DNA of 64,000 nucleotides from Eledone cirrhosa (Eukaryota), in the NCBI GenBank assembly GCA_964016885.1, contig OZ024743.1, positions 60,884,001 to 60,948,000 of the forward strand, given 5' to 3'. Positions 53,385-64,000 of the stretch are shown piece by piece; position 1 is the first letter of the stretch, and each line of letters starts with the position of its first letter. The notes beneath the pieces are model-generated. The model was not told the origin of the DNA. It did no database searches and saw only the letters and a list, made by a program, of their open reading frames with translations. Made by a program: the position numbers and the translations under genes.

Positions 53385-54315
53385 TGATGGCTGCAAACCC
53401 TGCTAAGAATATTGCAATTGCTTGTCAGATCATAGAGTTTGGTGCACGTTTAGGCTACCGCCAGCCACACGAACCTGTAATAGATCCCGAACAAGCAATG
53501 CCTGTACTTTGAAGGGTACTTGACCAATCCCACTCTCTGAGCATCGAAATAACTACCCGAAAAGGACAACTAGTCAACATCATTGGATGCTTCCGAAGCC
53601 GCAGGTTTTATTTTTCAGAGTTTCCCTCTCCTAGAAAGGTATTGTGACAACAACTGGGGGTCTTTCACTACTAGGTAAAATAAAAAGGTACTATTTGGAT
53701 GGCCATTGACTCTGCTGAGTTCCTCCGCCCTTTGCCGGGTCTTGTATTTTATCCCGTAGGGTGTCCACATTTCACCCTCATTACCAAGCAAGTTTGGTGG
53801 GGTTGCCCGTTCATTCGCTGACGACCCGACCATGAGATAGGTTGTACTGGGTTACATGTTACCAGTAGCACCCGAGAGCGATCTGACATTCATACATACA
53901 TACATGGTGGCTGCCAACTCGTTTTCGAGTACGGCCACTACTTTATATCCAAATAGGAGAACCCCTACCGATGCGCTGAACGAATGTGACTTTAGTCCAG
54001 CCAGCGACTTGAAAACTCTGGTACAAAGACTACACTTGTGACCATTATTGACACATAGTGCAGGGCCCATGGTACCATGTGATGACAAGTGCAGAGAGAT
54101 CTCCAGATATAAAGCAATGCCTGTGCTGTGAAGCTTTTATAGTGAGCAAAGGCACTGCACAAAGCCAGTCCCACACGCTTAACCAAGATGATATTTACCA
54201 AAAAGAAGAACAAGTCAACATCATTGGATACCATCAGAGTTGCAGGTGTTATATCAGAGTTTTCCTTCTCCTAGAATTCTGCCTTGACAAAGGCTAAGGG
54301 GTCATCTCTCCCAAT
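53385..54315 (-). mobile_element. Two RTE-related non-autonomous repeats with (TATG)n tails
   Basis: RTE 5'-UTR-like CAGAGTTTTCCTTCTCCTAG..GCCTTGACAAAGGCT; C2H2 HKCSLCTRVFKSLAGLKSH; homology to 48110-48404/50354-50490. Confidence 0.6.
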
Positions 54316-55118
54316 ACATACATACATACATACATACATACATACATACATACATACATACATACATACATACATACATACATACATACATACATACATA
54401 CATACATACATACATACACATGTGCGTACGCACGTACATGCTTACATAAATACATACATATTTCCGCAGTCTAACGCTACACAAATACACACATATAGAT
54501 ACACACATATACATGCATACAAGAATACATACACAAATGTATATGTATATATATATATATACGTATGAGCGTGAGTACATTTGTACTAATGTGCCTGTGT
54601 ACGATATTTAGGTATATATTAGATATTGGCAAAACATACGATATACGATTCCATACGAGTCATATAAATATATTGTATAACAATGGATTATAGTTACTTA
54701 AATGCCTCTCTTTTTCGATGGCTCAACGGCTGTGTTTTATATATATATACAGTGTTGCGAATAATGAACTTAGTAGCTTATTCTTAAGAAATATGGATAA
54801 AAAGAAACCATAATGTTAAAATGCATTCAATAGTAATTTCATGTTGTTACATTGAATTTTTGAAGTGCTCTTTGATTGTAAGCAAATTATTGTATTCCCA
54901 TTTGTAGTCAGTAATTAATTATGAATGACCTATTTCTTATTCATATATGTGTGTGCGTGCGAGTGCATGATTGTACACGTTGTCTGTATGTGGGCGTATA
55001 TATATATATACATAAGCAGAAGGGATATTCAATTTGTTGGTAATTCAACAAATATATGTTTATAACTGATTCAGAGCACTCTATAAATGGAAACTATATT
55101 TATAAAACAATATTTATT

Positions 55119-55171
55119 CTATTATATATATTTCAAGGGTACCAAAATTTTGGTACGCTATCATCAGATAA
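55119..55171 (-). ncRNA. Type I hammerhead ribozyme in a PLE terminus (~55010-55310)
   Basis: TTAT-CTGATGA-TAGCGTACCAA-AATT-TTGGTACCCTT-GAAA-TATATA-TA-ATAG. Confidence 0.8.
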
Positions 55172-55329
55172 CATACGAAGTGTGTTTTATAAATGTTGTC
55201 ATAACCAAGGAGAATATATCTTAACGGTTCAAGTTATCCTTGGATAGTCCAAGTTTTATAAATATAGTTTCCATTTATTCCATTTATAAATATAGTTTCC
55301 ATTTATTAAATATCATCGTATATATATAC

Positions 55330-55380
<51 letters not shown>

Positions 55381-58175
55381 GTGCAACAATATCCTCAAAG
55401 CAACAGCAAATACGGTGAGGAAACTACTTGGTATAAAAGCGAGAGGAAACAACAGACAAGAAAGAGCAGAGCCGTGGTGGAAGAAGCGACTGAGTGGGCA
55501 AATCGGGGAAATGAGAAATGACATAGGAAAGCTTGAGTCACTACTGAATGGGACACTAAAAAACATAGGCACTAAAAATAGACTGGAAATAAAATACAAA
55601 ACTAGGAGTAAAAAGCTAAATATTATCATAGAGGAATTGAAGCAACGCATTGTAGCAAAGAGTGCCAAAATCAGGCGATACGAGAACAGAGTCAGTCAGT
55701 ATAAACAGAACCGCATGTTCGACAACAACCAGAAGATGCTGTTTGGACAGCTTGAGGGGAAAGAAAGAGGCAACGACTTGATCCCTGGGGCGGAACAAGC
55801 TAAAACATTCTGGAGAGGAATGTGGGAGCAGGATGTTAGACACAATGCCCAGGCAGGGTGGATTGAGACAGTGCAGAGGGAGATCGGTGAGAAGGCACAA
55901 CAACAGACTGATTTGAGTATCACAGTTGAAACTCTTAAGGGGCAAGCCAAAAAACTAACCAACTGGAAATCACCAGGCCCAGATGGTGTGCAGGGGTATT
56001 GGATTAAACATTTAACATCCCTCCACCCGAAGCTGACGGCCATGTTCAATGACTGCTTGGTGTCGGGTGAGGTGCCAGAGTGGTTGACAAAAGGTACCAC
56101 AGTTCTGATAATGAAAGACCGAATCAAGGGTAATGATGTTACCAACTATAGACCTATCACATTTCTGCCCGTAATGTGGAAACTGTTGACGAGCATTGTG
56201 TCTGAGGAAATCTACCATCACCTCCACACAAACAACTTGTTACCGGACGAACAGAAAGGATGCCGAAAGAAGTCACGTGGTACAAAGGACCAGTTGCTTA
56301 TTGATAAGATGGTAATGGGGAATTGCAGGAGGAGACACACTGATCTTGCCATGGGATGGATAGACTACAGAAAGGCATTTGACATGGTGCCTCATTCCTG
56401 GATCACCAAAAGCCTGGAGGTCTTCAGGCTGGCAGATAACATCAGACAGTTGCTGGGCAGGAGTATGGGGTCCTGGGAGACAGAGTTGACATCAACTGGA
56501 GTATCCTTGGGAAGCGTGAAGATCAAGAGAGGTATCTTCCAGGGAGATAGCCTGTCCCCTCTGTTGTTTGTCCTTGCCCTGATGCCCTTGACCATTATGC
56601 TGCGAAAAGTGAGAGCAGGATACAAGTTGGGAAGGGGAGAGCTTACCATCAATCACCTCCTCTTCATGGACGATCTTAAGCTCTTCGGGAAAAGTGAGAA
56701 GGAGTTGGATGTGCTTGTTGACACTGTCCGTATTTTCAGCAGTGATATATGTATGCAGTTTGGTATTGGTAAATGTGGAGTCATTGTGATGAAGAGGGGT
56801 AGGTTGAGCAGAAGTAACGGGATCCAGATACCAACAGGTGAGATGATAAAGGAAATTGACTCTGAGGAAGGATACAAGTATTTGGGCGTTCTGGAGGCTG
56901 ATGGCATAAAGAACAAAAAAATGAAGGAATTGTTAAGAACTGAATACATTCGGAGAGTAAGGAGCGTATTGAAGTCACATCTGAACAGCAGAAATGCCAT
57001 AAGCGCAGTAAATTCCCGAGCTGTGTCTATTATTAGGTACAGTGCGGGAATTCTGAGATGGAATGTTGCTGAACAAAAAGAAATGGATAGGAAGACTAGG
57101 AAGCTATTGACTATCTACAACATGTTCCACAAGAGGAGTGATGTCGATAGACTCTACCTAAGGAGATCTGAGGGTGGAAGAGGTCTTATCAGCATAGAGG
57201 ACTGTGTTCAGATGGAGAAAAACAACCTATACAAATACGTGACCTATAGTAAGGAGCCAATGCTCAGAACTGTACTGAAGGAGGGGACAGTATGCCAGGG
57301 GATGTCCAAGGAGGAAATAACATCAAGGAGGAAGAGCAGCCTTAAGGGAAAATCCCTTCATAGTACCTTCTTTGAGAAAACTGAATTTAGAGATCCACAG
57401 ACATGGAACTGGTTGAGAAGAGGAGACCTCAAAAAGGCTACAGAAGGAATGCTAATGGCTGCGCAGGAGCAGGCCCTCAAAACGAAGTGGTTGAAGCACC
57501 ATATCTACAAGGAGGAGGCTAGCCCACTGTGCAGGATCTGTGGAGAGAGAGAGGAGACTGTGGCTCACATTGTGTCCGAGTGTAAACACCTAGCCCAGAC
57601 CCACTATAAGGGCTGGAGACACGATGTGATGGGCAGGGTGATCCACTGGCACCTGTGCAAAGTAAACAATCTACCACATTCTGAGAAATGGTATGAGCAT
57701 AGGCCAGAGGCGGTGATGGAGAACAGTCAGGTGAAGGTGCTGTGGGATTTTAGGATACAGACGGACAAAAAACTGGAACACAATAGACCTGACCTGGTGG
57801 TTATGGACAAAGAAAAAAGATCGTGCCTGATTGTGGATGTGGCCTGCCCGTTCGACACGAGAGTGCAAGAGAAGGAGAGGGAGAAAATTAACCGATACCA
57901 GGACCTAAAGTGGGAGGTGAAAAGGATTTGGAACTGCCATGAAGTCAAAGTGATCCCGATTGTCATAGGCGCACTGGGGACTATCTCCAAAGGTTTCCAG
58001 GGATGGTTAAAGAAAATCGGCCCCTTCACGCTTTTTGGAACGCTTCAAAAGGCATGCTTGCTTGGAACAGCAAGAACCCTCCGATACGTCCTGAATATCT
58101 GAGGCTGCAGGTAGTGGCTTGATATTCAATCCAACGGACTTTCCAGTTAACCAACATCAATGACTGAGATTCAAG

Positions 58176-58178
<3 letters not shown>
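55381..58178 (+). mobile_element. R4/Dong-clade RLE non-LTR retrotransposon, 5'-truncated, inserted in (TAA)n
   Basis: (TAA)n at 55333-55380 and ~58177-58230; short 3' UTR. Confidence 0.92.
55415..58102 (+). CDS. RT + CCHC + restriction-like endonuclease (N-terminus missing, no ATG start)
   Basis: WKSPGPDG, YRPIT, EQKG, WIDYRKAFDMVPH, GIFQGDSLSP, HLLFMDDLKL, YKYLG, CRIC..ETVAHIVSEC, RHD, RPDLVV..IVDVACP, PIVIGALG; no internal stops. Confidence 0.93.
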   Translation: MRKLLGIKARGNNRQERAEPWWKKRLSGQIGEMRNDIGKLESLLNGTLKNIGTKNRLEIKYKTRSKKLNIIIEELKQRIVAKSAKIRRYENRVSQYKQNRMFDNNQKMLFGQLEGKERGNDLIPGAEQAKTFWRGMWEQDVRHNAQAGWIETVQREIGEKAQQQTDLSITVETLKGQAKKLTNWKSPGPDGVQGYWIKHLTSLHPKLTAMFNDCLVSGEVPEWLTKGTTVLIMKDRIKGNDVTNYRPITFLPVMWKLLTSIVSEEIYHHLHTNNLLPDEQKGCRKKSRGTKDQLLIDKMVMGNCRRRHTDLAMGWIDYRKAFDMVPHSWITKSLEVFRLADNIRQLLGRSMGSWETELTSTGVSLGSVKIKRGIFQGDSLSPLLFVLALMPLTIMLRKVRAGYKLGRGELTINHLLFMDDLKLFGKSEKELDVLVDTVRIFSSDICMQFGIGKCGVIVMKRGRLSRSNGIQIPTGEMIKEIDSEEGYKYLGVLEADGIKNKKMKELLRTEYIRRVRSVLKSHLNSRNAISAVNSRAVSIIRYSAGILRWNVAEQKEMDRKTRKLLTIYNMFHKRSDVDRLYLRRSEGGRGLISIEDCVQMEKNNLYKYVTYSKEPMLRTVLKEGTVCQGMSKEEITSRRKSSLKGKSLHSTFFEKTEFRDPQTWNWLRRGDLKKATEGMLMAAQEQALKTKWLKHHIYKEEASPLCRICGEREETVAHIVSECKHLAQTHYKGWRHDVMGRVIHWHLCKVNNLPHSEKWYEHRPEAVMENSQVKVLWDFRIQTDKKLEHNRPDLVVMDKEKRSCLIVDVACPFDTRVQEKEREKINRYQDLKWEVKRIWNCHEVKVIPIVIGALGTISKGFQGWLKKIGPFTLFGTLQKACLLGTARTLRYVLNI

Positions 58179-58232
<54 letters not shown>

Positions 58233-58492
58233 TTTCTTTATTAACCACAAGGGTTTACATAAAGTAGACATTAAGGACAGTGCAGGACAATGCAGGACGG
58301 TACAAATGGGCATTTCTGCGTGTAAAAAAACAAAAACAGAGGATGTAACAAAAATACCAATGAAAATAACAATGAAAAATTCCCCAATAGGGGGGAGACT
58401 TCGGAGGGACATTTGTGGAGAAAGCCCAGTAAAAAGCCACAATGACCCTGACCACCAAGGCAAGTGCCCTCTCCCAGTTTTCCACCTTTAGT

Positions 58493-61400
58493 TTACAGAT
58501 ATATACTCAGAGTCGGCCCATTCACTCGGGCCATTCTTGCTTCTCTCACCCATCTTTCAACAAAATGCTGGGAAGAGAGCACTTCCTTCTCTACTCTGAT
58601 TTTCCTTTTCAAATGAAATTTGAAAAAGTCAATCAGAGCATCACCGAAGAGGTAAGTGCTCGTCTTCAGCCCTTTCAAACGTGTCCACCATACTATCTCT
58701 TTCGCCATGGCCACCAGGCAGATAAAAACTGCCTGCCCTTCCCGGCTAAAGGAGGAGGGCGGGGCAATCCTCACGATGGACTCAGATGATAGCCGGATCC
58801 GTCCTAAACGCGACAGCAGGTGTTCGACATAAACCCACAAGTCAGCAATTTTCGGACACTGGACGAGTGCGTGCAGGACGGTTTCGTCGCCCTGCGCGCA
58901 TCTCGGACATGCCCGGCTGACGGCACCTCCATGCCTGTAGAGTTTATCCCGAACTGGCAAGGCTCCTCGGTAGCACTGCCAGGCCAGAGATTTCTGGAAG
59001 TTGTCCATAGGCCCTGGCCCGAAAGTTCTTCCGAAGAGATTGGCTAGTTGATTTTCGTCGACGCCTAGAGTTTCCCCAAGTACGTCGTCGCTCTTCCCCT
59101 CCACTAATCCTCTAAAGAACGCCGAGGTGGAGTTTCCACCGATCACATTGCCCGATTGGTCGAGGGCTGTGAGCGCCTGAAGACATTCCAGTCTCCAGGC
59201 GCTCCCTCTCGGTCTTCGCTTGACCCAGGACTGCAGCTCCGTCAAGGAAACGAGCTGGGGAAACACGCGTCTAGCAAACGGCGACCACACCTGATCACCG
59301 TCGAGGAAGAGGTGGAGATGTCGTAGCCTGAGCGCGTGCCTGCGCATCATCAGCCACGGCATGCCCAGCCCTCCACGTAGCGGGTGTTGACAACAGATGG
59401 ACCGCCTGACCATCGGAGCGCGTCCCTTCCACAAAAAGCGAAAGAGCAAACGCTCCAGCACAGTCAGGCGAGGCTTAGGACAAGGTACGACGGTCAGGCG
59501 GTAGCAGATGACGGACGCGATGTACGCGTTAGCCACCTCCGCTCGACCTTTCAGGGATAGCTTCCTCTCGGCCCATTTCTGGGTGAGAGAAGCCACCCTG
59601 CTCGTCACCTCGTCCCAGTTTTTGTCCGTCTGGAGGTCCGGACCGAACCAGACCCCTAGCAATTTAACCGGTCCGTCCGTCCAGCGTCCGACGACGCTGT
59701 TGGACGGCATGGACCTGCCTCTCCAGGTGCCGAGCTGCAGGCCCACTGACTTTTCCTGGTTGATCATTGCTCCTGTCACCGCTTCGTATTCTCTTAGTGT
59801 AGTGCCGATCGCCTCGATGTGTTTGGCGTTCGACACCACTACGGTGACATCGTCCGCATATGCTGATACGGATCTTCCGCATCCTAGTTCGCGCGGGACC
59901 CCCCTCAACGTCTCCAGTTTGTGCAGTAATGGCTCGAGAGTCAATACGTACAAGAGGGACGAGAGGGGACATCCTTGGCGGACCGAGCGCATGATGTTGA
60001 ACGGTTCCGACAGGTGACCGTTCACTCTCACCACAGAGCAGATGTCGCTGTGCATGGCAGCGATCCAGCCTCTGAAGACGGGCCCAAAGCCAGCCGCCCT
60101 CAGGACTGCCGCTAGGTAACGATGGTCGACCCTATCGAAAGCTTTCGACTGATCTAAATTGATCAAGGACCCACCCGTGCCAGGTTCCCTAGCTACCCTC
60201 TCTACGATGTATCGCATGAGGTGGAGGTTGTCGTGGATGGATCTGTCGGGAATGGCGCATGTCTGCGCCTCTCCCACCAGACCACCAACGACAAGCGCCA
60301 ACCTCTTTGCTAGCACCTTGGCCAAAATCTTAAACTCTGTGTTTAGCAGAGTTATGGGCCGGAAATTGTCTATGTTATCCCCCTTGTTCGGATCCTTTCT
60401 CAGCAGTGCCACCGCTCCTCGGCTCACAGAACTGGGAATTCTCCCGTTCTGTTGCCAGTTGCAGTAGACGTCCGCCAAGAGGCCTCCGAACAAGTCTGGC
60501 ATCTGTACGTAAAGTTCATAGGGCAGACCATCCAAACCAGGCGATTTAACCCTTGTGCAGCCAGTCATTGCCTCCCTTACTTCAGCGGCTGTTATCGGCT
60601 TTTCGCAACACTTCGCCTCAGTGGCCGAGAGCCGCGGCAGTCCGTCGAGGTAGACACTAAAGTCCATCCCTCTACCCGGCCCCCCGCTGCCCCCGAACAG
60701 CTGAGCGAAGTGTCGCTGAAAAGCTTCACACATTTGCCCGGGATCGAGTAGCATGCGCCCGTCGTGGTCCACCAAAGACCGGATCGTGGCTTTGTTGCCA
60801 CGACGCGCCTCCGCCACTCGGGCCCATTGAACGGCTTTCGTCCCCTCGTGTCTGAGAGCACGCACCCTAGCTCTGACAACGCAGCCTTCGTGCTTTGCAT
60901 TGAAGAATTGGTCAAGGGCCAATTTCGCCGCAAGCACGTCGGTCGCAATGCCTTTGCTAAGCGCCTCATCTAATTTTCTAACTAATTCTCCCTCTGCTCT
61001 ATTTTTCTCTATTGCTAAAGTCTTACTAAACCTAATGGACTCTATTCTAATTGCTCTTTTCAGAGCAAACCACCACTTGTTATTGACGATGGCCCCCGTC
61101 AACGCCCGCTTAACTAGTTCGCTAATCCGGTCTCTGTAGGCCTTGCGCGCTGGTAAGGACGCGTTTAGCTTCCAGTAGCCGGGTCCTCGTCTATGAAGCC
61201 TATCTAAGTCAAGCACACAGGTCACGAATTTGTGGTCCGTGTAGCTGACTATCTTGAATTGTGGACAGCCTATGCTAGACCTATCTATTTCCCTACAAAA
61301 TACTCTATCTAGATATGATCTGGATGACCCTATGCGGTTTGTCCAAGTCCACATTGGCACATTCGGGAAATCCAATCGGTACCTGTCAGACAGTTCAAAA

Positions 61401-61912
61401 CGCCTGAGCAGGTTGGTGAGGCTCTTGCACCCTCCACCCCTATCCGCTAATCCCACACAGTCCCAGCGTGCATCTAAGATCCCGTTCCAGTCGCCCACTA
61501 ACACTAAAGAGCGGGACGTTCCAAGAAAGGTCTCCAGACGCCGGAAGAAATCAGGCCGCCCTGCTCCTGTCGGGGCATAGACGGCCACTAGCCTGAAAGC
61601 TTGCCCGTCTCCGCTGGTCACGTCCAGCACCACCAGCTTACCCTCTGGGTCCAGGAAGATGGCCCGTATGGCGAGATCCAAACCTCTCCGAAAAAGTACA
61701 GCAACTCCTCCACCCGATCCAGGACGGCTGGGAGATGCGTACACATCGTAGCCGCCGAAGATCGGTGCGAAGGCCCGTGCTTCGGAGATTCTGGTCTCGC
61801 TGATGGCCACTACATCTATGTTTAGTGACCTGAGGTCGTTGAGCAGGTGACCCTGCTTCCATGACGACCCCAAGCCACGCGCATTTATGCTGCCTATTCT
61901 GAGTGAGGTCAT
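58493..61912 (-). CDS. Tx1 ORF2: APE endonuclease, reverse transcriptase, C-terminal zinc finger (1139 aa)
   Basis: SINARGL, ISET, VYAP, GDWN, YLDRV, TDH; KSPGLDG, FRPITLLN, DQSKAFDRV, RQGCPLS, AYADD; CPRC..ETVLHALVQC. Confidence 0.96.
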   Translation of the reverse strand: MTSLRIGSINARGLGSSWKQGHLLNDLRSLNIDVVAISETRISEARAFAPIFGGYDVYASPSRPGSGGGVAVLFRRGLDLAIRAIFLDPEGKLVVLDVTSGDGQAFRLVAVYAPTGAGRPDFFRRLETFLGTSRSLVLVGDWNGILDARWDCVGLADRGGGCKSLTNLLRRFELSDRYRLDFPNVPMWTWTNRIGSSRSYLDRVFCREIDRSSIGCPQFKIVSYTDHKFVTCVLDLDRLHRRGPGYWKLNASLPARKAYRDRISELVKRALTGAIVNNKWWFALKRAIRIESIRFSKTLAIEKNRAEGELVRKLDEALSKGIATDVLAAKLALDQFFNAKHEGCVVRARVRALRHEGTKAVQWARVAEARRGNKATIRSLVDHDGRMLLDPGQMCEAFQRHFAQLFGGSGGPGRGMDFSVYLDGLPRLSATEAKCCEKPITAAEVREAMTGCTRVKSPGLDGLPYELYVQMPDLFGGLLADVYCNWQQNGRIPSSVSRGAVALLRKDPNKGDNIDNFRPITLLNTEFKILAKVLAKRLALVVGGLVGEAQTCAIPDRSIHDNLHLMRYIVERVAREPGTGGSLINLDQSKAFDRVDHRYLAAVLRAAGFGPVFRGWIAAMHSDICSVVRVNGHLSEPFNIMRSVRQGCPLSSLLYVLTLEPLLHKLETLRGVPRELGCGRSVSAYADDVTVVVSNAKHIEAIGTTLREYEAVTGAMINQEKSVGLQLGTWRGRSMPSNSVVGRWTDGPVKLLGVWFGPDLQTDKNWDEVTSRVASLTQKWAERKLSLKGRAEVANAYIASVICYRLTVVPCPKPRLTVLERLLFRFLWKGRAPMVRRSICCQHPLRGGLGMPWLMMRRHALRLRHLHLFLDGDQVWSPFARRVFPQLVSLTELQSWVKRRPRGSAWRLECLQALTALDQSGNVIGGNSTSAFFRGLVEGKSDDVLGETLGVDENQLANLFGRTFGPGPMDNFQKSLAWQCYRGALPVRDKLYRHGGAVSRACPRCAQGDETVLHALVQCPKIADLWVYVEHLLSRLGRIRLSSESIVRIAPPSSFSREGQAVFICLVAMAKEIVWWTRLKGLKTSTYLFGDALIDFFKFHLKRKIRVEKEVLSSQHFVERWVREARMARVNGPTLSIYL

Positions 61913-61947
61913 GTTTAAAATAGAGTGGAAAAGATGGGAAAGACCAC

Positions 61948-63999
61948 TTACCGTACTTTTGGTAGAGGAGGGATGGTTTTTACATCCCTTTTCACTTGAT
62001 CGTCTGGTGAAGGGACCGTTGAATCGTCCCTTCGGCTGGTCGTCGGCTCTTCTAAGAGAATGTCTGAGTATACTCTTCGATTGATGGTTCCTCCTAGGTC
62101 CCTGAAATCACCAACTGCGTTGGGGAATTTCGTTTTAATGTTTGTGTATTGTTTCTGTGCTATTTTTAGCAGTCTTATGTTAGTTGGCGTTTTGATTGGT
62201 GCTGGTATTATGTAGTCCTGTTGTGAAATGTCTGTGTGTTCAACTATGTAAGTCATTAGTTTCTTGTTGTGTGTATTTATTGCCGTGCATTTGTTTTTCT
62301 GGGGGTGGGGTGTGGTTCTGCTATTTTCTTGTCGTTGTTGCTGGGTGTGTATGTTTTGTTGTTGTGTTTGCGATGTTGGTGCTTGTGGTGGTCGTGTTGA
62401 AGGTGTTGTTGGCGGTGGGGTTGTCGCCGGTGGTGATGGTGGTGCTGGTGTGGGTGGTGATGGTGTTGGTGGTGTTGCTGCTGTGGGTCTCTTTGCAGTA
62501 GACTTTACCCTTTTCTCATTTCTTTCCTCCCTTTTCAAAGGCGACGATGCGCTTCTTCTGCGTTTGTGCCTTCTTGCGACCTTTTGCCATCCCTCTCCCA
62601 CCTCACACTCCATGTCTGATTCTGTAAGGTCGGGGAGGGGTACCAGCTCCACTCTTTCACTTGTTGTTGTTGGTGATGTTTGCACTGGAGTCTCTGTTGC
62701 AGCTGCATTTGGTATTGCTGTTGTTGTTGTTAATATTTCCACTGCTGCTGCTGACTTTGATTTCCGTGGAGTGGGTATGGGTGCCACGGACCTATCGTTC
62801 CTGGTTGCCGCTTGTCCTGTTGCTGGTAGCCGTGGAGCCGGATTCGGAAGGAGGGGGGTTTTCTCCTTTCTCAGGGTCTTCTCGTTGCAGAAGGCCCTGA
62901 GGTGAGTCTTCGATCCACAGCGAAAGCATTTCGGGCGTTTGCCCTCAACACTTATGGGCAGTTGAGTGCCGTTATCGAAGTCTATCACATCCGGGATAGC
63001 TTCGATGCACTCCTGGTTGGTTTGGATTAGCATCTCAATGGAGGAGCCGACCCAATCTTCTCTTACTTTTTTCTGTACTTGCAGTACAGTTGTTTTGTCC
63101 TCGATTCCGACGAGGACAGACGCGGCCAGCCAAGAAGGGGTCATTCCGGGGGGGACGTGGGTCAGTTTGACCCTCACAATTTTTTGCCCGCAGTAGGAGG
63201 GCACCAACACCATTTCCTCGCTCCTTAGGGTCACTACTGATTGGGCCTTTGCCTCCTGGGGTGTGGCAAAAAGTACGTCTACGGTGGCGTATTTTTTGCC
63301 TCGGGTGATGTGCGTTTTCCTCTGCCACACAGACCCCAAGGCTTTTTGTATTTGGGCCTCTGTGGCTCTTTCCACCCTACGGGATTTTGTACTTACTGTA
63401 CGGTACGTGACCGTACAGTGCTCTTGGGTTTCGAAAAAATTTTTCGCTGCCTTGCAGATTGCTCGGTGTCCGTTCTTTGTCACCATCTTCTTCGCTTCCT
63501 CTAATTCCTCATTTGTTATGAGGATTGTTTCCAGGTTTTTCGCAATACCTGCAAATGAGATTGGTTTTTCTCTGCTGTTGTTGTTGTCGTCAGAGCTGCT
63601 GGTACTTTTGTTGTTGCTGCAGGTACTACGACTACTGCCTCCGCCGCTGTTGCTGTGGTTGTTGTTGGTGTTGCTGCTGCTAATGCTGTTGTTGTTTATG
63701 CTGCTGGTGATGCTGTTGCGGCTGCTACTGTTGTTTTCATTGTCACTGTTGCTGTTGTTATTACGGCTGCTACTGCTATTATTCCTGACGTCAGACGAAT
63801 GAACTGGGTTTTCGTATTTCCCGCACACCTGTTTCGTCGCTGTCGTCGTCGTCGTGGAGAAACCTTGCACGCTTTGCACGAGACTTTTCTTTTCTTTCGT
63901 CGCTTGCGAAAGAGAAGGGAGGGAGAGAGACACATTTAAAGAAGGGAGGGAGAGAGACAATCTTCTCTCTGCTGTAGTGATGATTGAGGAAGAAGAAGA
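61948..63999 (-). CDS. Tx1 ORF1, gag-like CCHC protein; frame open to the window edge
   Basis: CFRCGSKTHLRAFC knuckle, GWQKVARRHKRRR basic motif, Ser/Asn- and Pro/Thr-rich linkers; no stop between 63960 and the edge. Confidence 0.9.
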   Translation of the reverse strand, partial: SSSSSIITTAERRLSLSLPSLNVSLSLPSLSQATKEKKSLVQSVQGFSTTTTTATKQVCGKYENPVHSSDVRNNSSSSRNNNSNSDNENNSSSRNSITSSINNNSISSSNTNNNHSNSGGGSSRSTCSNNKSTSSSDDNNNSREKPISFAGIAKNLETILITNEELEEAKKMVTKNGHRAICKAAKNFFETQEHCTVTYRTVSTKSRRVERATEAQIQKALGSVWQRKTHITRGKKYATVDVLFATPQEAKAQSVVTLRSEEMVLVPSYCGQKIVRVKLTHVPPGMTPSWLAASVLVGIEDKTTVLQVQKKVREDWVGSSIEMLIQTNQECIEAIPDVIDFDNGTQLPISVEGKRPKCFRCGSKTHLRAFCNEKTLRKEKTPLLPNPAPRLPATGQAATRNDRSVAPIPTPRKSKSAAAVEILTTTTAIPNAAATETPVQTSPTTTSERVELVPLPDLTESDMECEVGEGWQKVARRHKRRRSASSPLKREERNEKRVKSTAKRPTAATPPTPSPPTPAPPSPPATTPPPTTPSTRPPQAPTSQTQQQNIHTQQQRQENSRTTPHPQKNKCTAINTHNKKLMTYIVEHTDISQQDYIIPAPIKTPTNIRLLKIAQKQYTNIKTKFPNAVGDFRDLGGTINRRVYSDILLEEPTTSRRDDSTVPSPDDQVKRDVKTIPPLPKVR

Positions 64000-64000
64000 C

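Larger units (their letters stand above)
58231..64000 (-). mobile_element. Intact Tx1-clade LINE (5' end beyond the window)
   Basis: Two open ORFs, AATAAA at 58242-58237, (ATT)n tail. Confidence 0.95.

Noticed and set aside
55616-63939. Antisense and alternate-frame ORFs inside the LINEs
   Set aside because: Shadows of long GC-richer coding frames with no independent motifs.

Overview
AT-rich, microsatellite-saturated eukaryotic DNA, most likely cephalopod (Octopus-like, inferred from the tRNA/Meta-domain SINEs and (TA)n/(CA)n/(TACA)n density). It is almost entirely transposon-derived. Coding elements are an intact Tx1-clade LINE (minus strand, 58231 to the window edge), a 5'-truncated but uninterrupted R4/Dong RLE retrotransposon nested in that LINE's (AAT)n tail, a decayed full-length Tx1 with a 19-bp TSD, and remnants of CR1, RTE, Vingi, Dong, Chapaev, Tc1/mariner and Penelope-like (PLE, GIY-YIG) elements. 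One orphan 140-aa ORF with a C-terminal hydrophobic segment is the only host-gene candidate. The most striking signal is non-coding. About 15 complete or near-complete type I hammerhead ribozyme (HHR) motifs and several half-motifs sit in short PLE-type insertions at (TA)n tracts. Many insertions are fold-back palindromes whose turning point is HHR stem II. One is a ~400-nt retrozyme-like direct repeat, several share non-canonical core variants, and most carry an ATTGAGT motif 35-55 nt before the 3' junction. All calls were made by eye; no searches or folding were run.
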